From: Acidimicrobiia bacterium
Lineage (GTDB): Bacteria > Actinomycetota > Acidimicrobiia > Spongiisociales > JAHEDJ01
Reading direction: 5' to 3'
Assembly (NCBI GenBank): GCA_029210695.1
Contig: JARGFH010000032.1
Coordinates: 1-43,027 of the forward strand
Length of the DNA stretch: 43,027 nucleotides
A program made the translations under genes and the position numbers. The notes below the pieces were generated by a model. That model worked only from the letters and a program-made list of their open reading frames with translations, was not told the DNA's origin and made no database searches. Position 1 is the first letter of the stretch. Every line of letters begins with the position of its first letter. Positions 8,778 through 16,834 of the stretch are shown piece after piece.

Positions 8778-9796
8778 CCCGCCTTCGGGAGCCCGGACCT
8801 CTCATCGAGTCCGAACATGAGATTGGCGGCCTGAACTGCCTGTCCGGCCGCCCCCTTGAGGAGGTTGTCGATTGCGCAAAACACCAGCGCGGTCCGCGTC
8901 CTCTCGTCGAGGAAAGCCGCGATCAGCGCACGGTTCGAACCAACGACCCACCTGGTCTGCGGTGGGTCGTCGACCACCTCAACGAAGGCTTCGTCGCCGT
9001 AGGCGGCGCGGAAGACATCCTGCAGGTTTCGCCTGGTGACTCCGCCGGCCACCGGGGCCGTCACCGTTGCCAGGATGCCGCGTTGCATCGGGACGAGATG
9101 GGGAGTGAACGTGACCCGAGCAGCGCGTCCCACGCTTCGTTCGATTCCCATCTCGATCTCCGGACGATGGCGGTGAGTCGTCACTCCGTACGCCCTGACA
9201 CCTTCGTCCACCGCACCGAATAGAAGGTCCTCCCGCAGTGACCGGCCGGCCCCGGAAACTCCTGACATGGCGTTGATCGTGATCCCGGTCGATTCGATGA
9301 TGCCATTGGCCACCAGCGGCACCAGCGCCAGCAACGAAGCGGTCGGATAGCAACCGGGCGCCGCCACGAGTTCTGAGGCTGCAATCTCGTCGCGAAACAA
9401 TTCAGGAAGCCCGTAGGCCCAGTCCTGCAGGGTATCCGGCCGCGGGTGAGGTGATCCGTAGGCCTCCTCATATCGCTCCGGGGTGTCCATGCGGAAGTCG
9501 CTCCCGAGGTCGATCACCTTCATACCGCGCCCGGCCAGCCGGCTGCCGACTAGGGCTGATGATCCGTGCGGCAGAGCCAGAAAGGCAACATCAACGTCGG
9601 GGATCGCATCAACATCGTTCGAATCGAGTACCCGAGCGCCGCGATCCAGATGGGGGTGCACGGACGAGAGAGCCGCGCCCGCCTGGGAGTGCGCCCCGAG
9701 GTAGGCGACTTCGAAGTCCGGGTGCTCATCCAGCAATCGGACGAGCTCTCCTCCGGCGTATCCCGACGCTCCGATGACTGCTGTTTGGTAACCCAT
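8765..9796 (-). CDS. argC: N-acetyl-gamma-glutamyl-phosphate reductase
   Basis: GASGYAGGEL, APGCYPT, SGVSGAGR, HRHRPEI, IDNLLKGAAGQA. Start chosen at ATG 9796, downstream of the promoter. Confidence 0.96.
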   Translation of the reverse strand: MGYQTAVIGASGYAGGELVRLLDEHPDFEVAYLGAHSQAGAALSSVHPHLDRGARVLDSNDVDAIPDVDVAFLALPHGSSALVGSRLAGRGMKVIDLGSDFRMDTPERYEEAYGSPHPRPDTLQDWAYGLPELFRDEIAASELVAAPGCYPTASLLALVPLVANGIIESTGITINAMSGVSGAGRSLREDLLFGAVDEGVRAYGVTTHRHRPEIEMGIERSVGRAARVTFTPHLVPMQRGILATVTAPVAGGVTRRNLQDVFRAAYGDEAFVEVVDDPPQTRWVVGSNRALIAAFLDERTRTALVFCAIDNLLKGAAGQAVQAANLMFGLDERSGLPKAGWMP

Positions 9797-9800
9797 GGAA

Positions 9801-9836
9801 CGCATGAACATACACACAAGTGCATAGAAATGTCAA
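9801..9836 (-). promoter_or_regulatory. argCJBD promoter overlapped by two ARG boxes
   Basis: Minus-strand TTGACA (9836-9831), 18 nt, TATGTT (9812-9807). Boxes CGCATGAACATACA (9801-9814) and TGCATAGAAATGTC (9821-9834), 20-nt period. Confidence 0.8.
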
Positions 9837-9843
9837 TCGGGCA

Positions 9844-9871
9844 GGTTCTAGGTTTTGGGTTCTACGTTTTG
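9844..9871. repeat. Heptamer tandem repeat (GGTTYTR-like x4)
   Basis: ggttcta ggttttg ggttcta cgttttg. Confidence 0.65.
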
Positions 9872-9905
9872 CGCCGGTCGGGACGGATCCCTGACCGCCA
9901 CTGCA

Positions 9906-11444
9906 TCATGAGGGTGGGTGCAAACCCAACTCATCGATAGACGGCAAGGCCGGCGAGAACAACCATTGCTCCATGAGCTGTCGAGCTGCTGGGCCGCCGG
10001 ACGTCTCGACCAGCTCTAGGAACTGGTCTGTGCTCGCATTGCCGTAGCGGTGGGTCGTCGCCCAGTCCTGCAGAACTGCGAAGAACCGCTCGTCACCCAA
10101 CTCCATGCGCAGCACGTGCAGCGCCAAGCCACCCCTTATGTAGACGGACGCATTGAAAAGGTCGGTCGGTTGCGGGGTCCCGGGAGGCGGGTACGCCACC
10201 AGCGCCTGTTGGTATGCGGCGACCGCACTTCCGGTCGACTCGACGAGTGCCGCGCCGGAGAGGGTGCGATAGGCTCTCTCCACCTCGCCGGTGAGGGCTG
10301 CCTCGCCTCTCGAGTGGCCCGCCCACATCCATTCCGCGTACGTTGCGAAGCCCTCGTTGAGCCACACGTCACTCCAGTCGGCAACACTCACCGAGTCCCC
10401 GAACCATTGGTGCGCAAGTTCGTGGGCGACTACCGGCTCGCCCAGGGCCAGAATCTGAGTGCCGAAGGTCGCTCGCGTCTGGGTCTCGAGCGCCGCAGGC
10501 ACATTGATGGTTTCCAAGACGACGGCTCCGTACTCATCGAACGGATAGCGGCCGAACAACCCTGCAAAGAAATCGATCATCTCCCCCTGCCGATCAAAGA
10601 TCAACCGATCGGCCGGCCCGACGTCGTCATCGAAGTAGTTGACGATGGGCACTCCCTCGCCGGACGTGCTGGTCTGGCGTTCGAGGTCACCGATGGCCAG
10701 GGCCACGAGATACGGGGCGATCGGATCGTCGGATTCCCACACGAAGGTCGAGCCACCGGCCGTTTCCTCCTGGCCGCGTAGGACTCCCGACGACACCGCC
10801 ACGAGACCGGCAGGGACCGTGATCCGCAGCGAGAGGGTTGCTTTGTCGAGCGGATGGTTGTTCGAGGGGAACCAGGTCTCGGCGCCGGCCGGCTCACTCA
10901 ACGCAAACCATCCGTCCACGCTCTCGTGCCATCCCACTCGAAATCTGCCGGCTACGTTCGGGATCGACGCCGGCACGCCTTGATACTCCACAACAACTGC
11001 GACCACCCGGCCCTCCGGCAGTGGCAGAAGCGGTCGAACCAGCAACTCGTCGACCGTCTCGAAACCAGCGGTTTCGCCGTCGACGGTGACCGACACCACT
11101 GAGAGGCCGGTGAGGTCCAGATAGAAGGACGACAACGGCTCGGTCGGGCGAAGAGTCAGGGTGGCGGTTCCCGCCAGTTGCTCGCCATCAAAGTCGAGGT
11201 CTAATGCATAGTGATCTACGTCGTAGCCGCTGTTGCCCAGCCCGGCATACATCGTGTCCCCTAATCCTGGGTCACCCGGACCGGGCGTCGGAATGGTCGT
11301 GGATGTAGAAGCTGGGGACGGAGTGCTCGTCGTCGCCGCAGACGTAGACGATGCGGTCGCAACGGTTGGGATGGTCGTGGTGTCGAACGTCGAAGCGGTG
11401 CACCCAACCAGCAGCAGTGAGAGCAGTGCTGCCGGTCGCTTCAC
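9906..11444 (-). CDS. M1-family zinc aminopeptidase, predicted lipoprotein
   Basis: HELAHQWFG...WLNEGFATY (HEXXH-x18-E), lipobox LLVGC and a Thr/Ser/Pro-rich linker. The GTG overlaps the upstream stop. Confidence 0.9.
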   Translation of the reverse strand: MKRPAALLSLLLVGCTASTFDTTTIPTVATASSTSAATTSTPSPASTSTTIPTPGPGDPGLGDTMYAGLGNSGYDVDHYALDLDFDGEQLAGTATLTLRPTEPLSSFYLDLTGLSVVSVTVDGETAGFETVDELLVRPLLPLPEGRVVAVVVEYQGVPASIPNVAGRFRVGWHESVDGWFALSEPAGAETWFPSNNHPLDKATLSLRITVPAGLVAVSSGVLRGQEETAGGSTFVWESDDPIAPYLVALAIGDLERQTSTSGEGVPIVNYFDDDVGPADRLIFDRQGEMIDFFAGLFGRYPFDEYGAVVLETINVPAALETQTRATFGTQILALGEPVVAHELAHQWFGDSVSVADWSDVWLNEGFATYAEWMWAGHSRGEAALTGEVERAYRTLSGAALVESTGSAVAAYQQALVAYPPPGTPQPTDLFNASVYIRGGLALHVLRMELGDERFFAVLQDWATTHRYGNASTDQFLELVETSGGPAARQLMEQWLFSPALPSIDELGLHPPS

Positions 11445-12823
11445 GCGTTGCCCTTCTCCTGTGCCCACCTGTCGACGAGGACGAGGGCTTCCGCTTCGGA
11501 ATACGGGCCGTGGTCGAGCCGGTACTCGAGCAGCAGGTCCATTATCTCGCCGACGATCGGTCCGGGAGGGATCCCGAGGTGCTGCATCACGGTATGCCCG
11601 TTGATAGGAGGACGGAGGGCGGCCAGTTCTTCGCGCTGGGCAAGATCGGCGATCACTCCCTCCAGCTCATCGATGCGGCGCTGGATCTTCAGTGCCAGCC
11701 CTGCGTTGGCCGTTGTGACATCACAGCGCACCAGTTGGTTCAGGTCGTCGAGCAGCGGACCGGCATCACGAACGTAACGACGCACTGCAGAATCCGTCCA
11801 CCCCATCTTGAAGGTATGCGGTCGAAGGTGCAGAAACACCAGTGTCGAGACGTCGTCCACGATCCGGTTGTCGTAACGGAGGGCTCGTAACCGTTCCCTC
11901 GCCATCCTGGCACCGACCACTTCGTGGTGATGGAACGTGACTCCCTGCGGCCCGAACTCACGGGTAGCCGGCTTCCCGATATCGTGAAGGAGGGCAGCCA
12001 GCCTTATCACAAGACGCCCCTCCGTCTTGTCGACCACCGCGATCGTATGGCTCAGCACATCCTTATGACGTTGGGTCTGGTCCTGCTCCATCCGCAGAGA
12101 CGAGAGTTCTGGGAGGAAGTGGTCGGACAGGCCGCTCTGCACCAGGCCCCACAGGGCATCCGCCACGTGGTCACCGACCATGAGCTTTGAAAGCTCGTCG
12201 CGGACCCGCTCGGCCGAGACGATTTCCAGCCGCTCGGACATCCCGGCGACGGCCGACAGAGCAGCCTCGTCGGGAACGAAACCGATGGTGGCGATGAATC
12301 TGAACAGCCGGAGCATTCGCAAGGGATCATCAGAGAATGATATTTCCGGCGAGAGTGGCGTCCTGAGCTGTTTCTGAGCGAGATCAGTGAGACCGCCGTG
12401 TGGGTCCACCAGTTCGGCGTGCGGCAACCGCAGTGCCATGGCGTTTACGGTGAAATCTCTCCGGGAGAGGTCTGTTTCGATGTCGTTCGAATATGTGACA
12501 ACGGGTTTGCGCGACTCATCGCGGTAGACCTCAGCCCGGAACGTAGTGATCTCGTGTATCTCCTCGCCCTTCCGAACGCCGATCGTCCCGAATTGCTCCC
12601 CCACCCCGAACACGTTGTCTGCCCACCCGTCGACGGTGGATCGGATCTCGTCGGGCCGGGCGTCTGTTGCGAAGTCGAGATCCGCGGGCGTCCGGCCTAG
12701 CAGAGCATCGCGCAATGAACCTCCGACCAGGTATAGCTGGTGGCCGGCCAGTTCGAACCGTTCGGCGAGTTCGACGGCCGGGGCGTCGGCGCGCACCAGC
12801 CATTGGAGCCGCTCAGGAATCAT
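11441..12823 (-). CDS. CCA tRNA nucleotidyltransferase with HD domain
   Basis: LVGGSLRD, DLDFAT, RRDFTVNAMA, DDPLRMLR, ERVRDE, LLHDIGKP. TATCCT lies 6 nt before ATG 12823. Position matches the actinobacterial pcnA/cca locus. Confidence 0.93.
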   Translation of the reverse strand: MIPERLQWLVRADAPAVELAERFELAGHQLYLVGGSLRDALLGRTPADLDFATDARPDEIRSTVDGWADNVFGVGEQFGTIGVRKGEEIHEITTFRAEVYRDESRKPVVTYSNDIETDLSRRDFTVNAMALRLPHAELVDPHGGLTDLAQKQLRTPLSPEISFSDDPLRMLRLFRFIATIGFVPDEAALSAVAGMSERLEIVSAERVRDELSKLMVGDHVADALWGLVQSGLSDHFLPELSSLRMEQDQTQRHKDVLSHTIAVVDKTEGRLVIRLAALLHDIGKPATREFGPQGVTFHHHEVVGARMARERLRALRYDNRIVDDVSTLVFLHLRPHTFKMGWTDSAVRRYVRDAGPLLDDLNQLVRCDVTTANAGLALKIQRRIDELEGVIADLAQREELAALRPPINGHTVMQHLGIPPGPIVGEIMDLLLEYRLDHGPYSEAEALVLVDRWAQEKGNA

Positions 12824-12910
12824 GGGAGAAGGATAGGGCCACAAGAACGCGACGAATTGCCAATTGCGAACCGCCACCCGGGACTCAGAACCTGCAACCC
12901 ATTTCACAAC

Positions 12911-12945
12911 AAAGGTGGGACCGTTCATTGAACGGTCCCACCTTT
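12911..12945. terminator. Intrinsic terminator downstream of pilT
   Basis: Perfect 17-bp inverted repeat AAAGGTGGGACCGTTCA-t-TGAACGGTCCCACCTTT. Confidence 0.75.
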
Positions 12946-12982
12946 CGGCCCTCTCCACCCGTGGCCTTGAGCTTTCGAGCTA

Positions 12983-14065
12983 TCAGACTGTTACGAGTCC
13001 CATCTGTTCGGCCTTGACCCGGAAATCGTGGGGGTTCGAAGCATTCGCAACTGCGATCTGGAACGAGATCAGGCCCTTTTGATAGAGATTGAGGATCGAT
13101 TGGTCGAAGGTCTGCATGCCGTAGAACTCGCTCTCCGCGATCACTTCGACGATCTCACCTGTCGTGGACTCGTCGACGATCCGATCGTAGACCCGACCGT
13201 TCATCGTGAGCACCTCGACAGATGGAACTCGACCCTGACCGTCCAACTTCTCCAGCAATCGCTGGCTCACGACACCCTTGAGGGTCGACGCCAGGAGGAT
13301 GCGGATTTGCTTCTGCTGATAGGGGGGGAAGAAGTCCACGATCCGATTGACCGTCTCGGTGGCGTCGATCGTGTGGAGCGACGAAAGAACCAGGTGGCCG
13401 GTCTCCGCCGCCTGGAGTGCCGCCCGGACCGTCTCCGCATCGCGGATCTCACCGATCAGGATCACGTCTGGATCCTGGCGGAGAACCCGGCGGAGCGCCT
13501 GGGTGAAGTCCTCAGTGTCCATCCCGATTTCGCGCTGGGAAATGATCGAGTTCCGGTCACGATGCAAGACCTCGATTGGGTCCTCGATCGTGACGATGTT
13601 GACCCTGCGTACCTCGTTGATGTAATCGACCATCGAAGACAGCGTCGTTGTCTTTCCTGATCCGGTCGGCCCGGTAACCAGCACTAGGCCCCGCTGTTCC
13701 ATCGACAGCTTCTCGAGTATCTTCGGAAGTCCGAGTTCCTCGAAGTTTTGTGTGGTCGGAAGCACCCTGCGCAGCACGAGGCTGACTGAGCCACGCTGCC
13801 GGTAGACGTTCACCCGGAACCGGCCGAGTTCCTGTTTCCCGTAGGCGAAATCCGCTTCGCTCGTCTCGCGGAACTCCTTGGCCGCTCGCTGAGTGAAGAT
13901 CGTCTGGGCGTACGCTTCTGTGTCCGTTGGCGTCAGCGAATCGAGGCTGGTGGGATGCAACTCGCCGTCGATTCGCATTACGGGAGGAGAACCGACCTTC
14001 AAATGCAGGTCGGAGGCTTCTACTTCGATCACTTTCTTCAGCAAATCATCCAGGGCAACGGCCAT
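12983..14065 (-). CDS. pilT: PilT/PilU-family type IV pilus retraction ATPase
   Basis: ASDLHL, Walker A GPTGSGKTT, Asp box TIEDPIE, LRQDPDVILIGEIRD, His box GHLVLSSLH, GMQTFDQ. RBS GGGAG. Confidence 0.85.
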   Translation of the reverse strand: MAVALDDLLKKVIEVEASDLHLKVGSPPVMRIDGELHPTSLDSLTPTDTEAYAQTIFTQRAAKEFRETSEADFAYGKQELGRFRVNVYRQRGSVSLVLRRVLPTTQNFEELGLPKILEKLSMEQRGLVLVTGPTGSGKTTTLSSMVDYINEVRRVNIVTIEDPIEVLHRDRNSIISQREIGMDTEDFTQALRRVLRQDPDVILIGEIRDAETVRAALQAAETGHLVLSSLHTIDATETVNRIVDFFPPYQQKQIRILLASTLKGVVSQRLLEKLDGQGRVPSVEVLTMNGRVYDRIVDESTTGEIVEVIAESEFYGMQTFDQSILNLYQKGLISFQIAVANASNPHDFRVKAEQMGLVTV

Positions 14066-14118
14066 CAATGTCTCCCGTTATGGTCCGAAGGTGGGTATCG
14101 GCACCAGAGCGGGCAGAC

Positions 14119-15135
14119 TTAACGAACTTCCCAGAACTCCCCGACCGCTCTTTCCGCCAACTCGAGAGATCGCCAGGCGGCGGGTTCGGACTCGCCGTGG
14201 GATGAAGCGTTCGGATCGATGACCCCGGCGAAGCCGGCGAACGTAGCCGCCACCGAGTCGCGAATCGCATCCAGGTTATAGCCGCCCTCGAGGAACACGA
14301 TGGTCCGACCGGAAGGAACGAGGTCGACGAGGGAGTTGGCCATGTACGCGTAGTCGGCCTCGATCAGCTTCACGTCGGCCAGCGGATCGTTCAGGTGTGC
14401 GTCGTACCCGGAGCTGACGAGCACCCAATCAGGCTTGAACTGCCGTGTAACCGGCAGCACGATACGGCGGAAGGCTTCGCGGTAGACGTCTCCTGTCGTT
14501 CCGCCGGGGACCGGGATGTTGATGGTCCTCCCGGCGCCGGGCCCGTAGCCGAGTTCGTCCAGCCAGCCGCCGCCCGGGTAGTACGGGAACTGGTGGATCG
14601 ACAGATACAGGATCCGTCCGTCGGAGATGAACAGGTCCTGCGTTCCGTTTCCGTGATGCACATCCCAATCGACGATGGCGACCCTTTGCCCTCGATCCGT
14701 GAGATAGCGGGCAGCCAATGCGATGTTGTTGAATATGCAAAACCCCATCGCCCGGTTGGCGAGTGCATGGTGACCGGGGGGTCGAACCAGGCAGAAGGCG
14801 AGGTCTGCTACTCCCTCCTCCAGACGGTCCACCGCCAGCGGCCCGGCTCCCGCCGCCCGGAGCGCCGCCTCCCAGGACGCCGCTACCGCGTATGTATCAG
14901 AATCGAGGTCGCCCCCGCCGGCGGAGCAGAACCCTTCGATTGCACTCACGTATTCAGCCGTATGCAGAGTCTGAAGCAAGTTGAAATCCACGGGACCGGC
15001 TTCTCCGTCGACTATGTCGACCGGAGCGAGTTCGAGCCCGGCTCTGGCAGCAATCAGCCGATCGGGTCGCTCGGGGTGCCAGGCGCGTTGCTCGTGCAAC
15101 AGGAAGGAAGGATGTCCAACGGCCAAGACTCGCAT
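14119..15135 (-). CDS. Histone deacetylase-family (Zn-dependent) amidohydrolase
   Basis: HPERPDR, RPPGHHA, GFCIFNN, DWDVHHGNGTQ, GYDAHLNDP, LEGGY. Confidence 0.93.
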   Translation of the reverse strand: MRVLAVGHPSFLLHEQRAWHPERPDRLIAARAGLELAPVDIVDGEAGPVDFNLLQTLHTAEYVSAIEGFCSAGGGDLDSDTYAVAASWEAALRAAGAGPLAVDRLEEGVADLAFCLVRPPGHHALANRAMGFCIFNNIALAARYLTDRGQRVAIVDWDVHHGNGTQDLFISDGRILYLSIHQFPYYPGGGWLDELGYGPGAGRTINIPVPGGTTGDVYREAFRRIVLPVTRQFKPDWVLVSSGYDAHLNDPLADVKLIEADYAYMANSLVDLVPSGRTIVFLEGGYNLDAIRDSVAATFAGFAGVIDPNASSHGESEPAAWRSLELAERAVGEFWEVR

Positions 15136-15224
15136 GGTGCCTACTTTGCCACATGCTGCGCCCGTCGCCCCAGCATCTACTCTGGTTATGTGCAAAACAG
15201 CTATCTGCCCGGACAGACGATTTC

Positions 15225-15956
15225 GTGACGGGCCGCTTGAAACTTCGCGGCACCTGGCCGGGGCCGATCGCGCTGCGGCGGGGATGGGCACTTGCTACCG
15301 CCCGACCCTGGAACGACGAGAGTCCCGACGCGCACCTCCGGCTGATCCGGGGAAGTGCCGAGTTCCTGGAGTCCGCCGCCGCCGCCGTCCCGGTTGGAGG
15401 CGGCGCCGTGCTCTCCCCTCCCCTGGCGTCCGGGAGCACCGCGATCTGGGAGGAAGCCGGGTTTCGACCGCACCTCGTGCTGGACATGTTCCAGCGTGAA
15501 CTTCTCGCCGGGGCAACGCCCCCAACCGTCCCGGTGCTGGCGGGCGAAGAGGGAGAGTGGGACCATGCCATCGAGATCGATCGCGCCGCGTTCGAACCGC
15601 TGTGGCGATTAGGGGCGACAGGATTGAAGGAAGCATTGAACGCAACGCCGACATCGGTGTTCTTGACCGTGCGCGGCGACACAGGGAACACGGTGGGGTT
15701 TGCGATCGTCGGGGCCGGGGCGGCCACCGGCTATCTCCAGCGCGTCGCAGTCGATCCGGACCATGCCAGACAGGGGTACGGCAGGGCACTCGTCCGCGCC
15801 TCGCTCGGTTGGGCACGGCAGCACGGCTGTCGCACGATGTTGCTCAACACACAGCCGGAGAACGAACCGGCCGGCCGGCTCTACGAGTCGGAGGGCTTCA
15901 CCCGCGTGGCAGCAGGACTGGTTATCTGGAGTCGCGACGGACGGTCGGAACCATGA
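15225..15956 (+). CDS. GNAT-family N-acetyltransferase (C-terminal GNAT plus degenerate N-terminal half)
   Basis: YLQRVAVDPDHARQGYGRAL, NTQPENEPAGRLYESEGF. The GTG start at 15225 is inferred. Confidence 0.85.
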   Translation: MTGRLKLRGTWPGPIALRRGWALATARPWNDESPDAHLRLIRGSAEFLESAAAAVPVGGGAVLSPPLASGSTAIWEEAGFRPHLVLDMFQRELLAGATPPTVPVLAGEEGEWDHAIEIDRAAFEPLWRLGATGLKEALNATPTSVFLTVRGDTGNTVGFAIVGAGAATGYLQRVAVDPDHARQGYGRALVRASLGWARQHGCRTMLLNTQPENEPAGRLYESEGFTRVAAGLVIWSRDGRSEP

Positions 15957-16786
15957 TCCGGATCATCACAGATTCCTCGTCGGATCTTCCAGCGCAGGTC
16001 GCCGAGCAATACGGTGTGGACGTTGTTCCGCTCACGATCCGCTTTGGAGATGAGGAGTTCGTCGATCGGAGCACTCTCACGGCGGCCGGATTCTGGGACC
16101 GGCTGGTGACTGCCGACCAACTACCGGAAACGGCGGCGCCGAGTGCCGGTCTGTTCGAAGAGCGGTATCGGACGATGGCGAACGAGGGGGCGTCCGGCAT
16201 CGTCGTGATCACGATTTCCTCGCATCTGAGCGCCACCTACCAATCGGCGGTCATCGCCGCGGAGCGCCTGTCGGGGGACATCCGCATCAAGGTGATGGAC
16301 TCCCGGAGCGTCGGTATGGGACTCGGCTTGCCCGTTCTCGAGGCGGCCGGGTACGCGGCCGAAGGAGCCGGCTTCGACGACGTCGCCACCCGTGCTGCCG
16401 GGGCCGCACGGTCCACCAAAGTAATCGCTGCACTCGACACTCTCGAATACCTCAAACGGGGCGGGAGGATCGGAAACACGCAGGCCTTCTTCGGGAGTCT
16501 CCTCAACATCAAGCCGTTGATCACGTTGGAAGATGGGGTCGTCTCCCCGTTCGGACGGGTCAGGACGCGGACCAAAGCAATTGCTGCGCTCGAGGAGCGA
16601 GTGGCGGCACTTGGTCCGCGGATCCGGGCCGCCGCTCTCTTCCACGGTGCAGCACCAGACATCGAGTCGATCACCGCCCGGATCGAACCGCATCTGAACT
16701 CCCGTCTCATCGTCACCCTGCTCGGAGCCGTCGTCGGAACCCACACCGGGCCCGGCACGGTCGGGATCGCCTACCTCACCGGTTGA
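15953..16786 (+). CDS. DegV-family fatty-acid-binding protein
   Basis: IITDSSSDL, ISSHLSATYQSA, YLKRGGRIG, LLNIKPLI, VGTHTGPG. ATGA overlap with the GNAT gene. Confidence 0.94.
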   Translation: MIRIITDSSSDLPAQVAEQYGVDVVPLTIRFGDEEFVDRSTLTAAGFWDRLVTADQLPETAAPSAGLFEERYRTMANEGASGIVVITISSHLSATYQSAVIAAERLSGDIRIKVMDSRSVGMGLGLPVLEAAGYAAEGAGFDDVATRAAGAARSTKVIAALDTLEYLKRGGRIGNTQAFFGSLLNIKPLITLEDGVVSPFGRVRTRTKAIAALEERVAALGPRIRAAALFHGAAPDIESITARIEPHLNSRLIVTLLGAVVGTHTGPGTVGIAYLTG

Positions 16787-16834
16787 TGCCCAACGTCACC
16801 CTTCCAACCAGTTAGCGTCGACACAGAGGTACCA

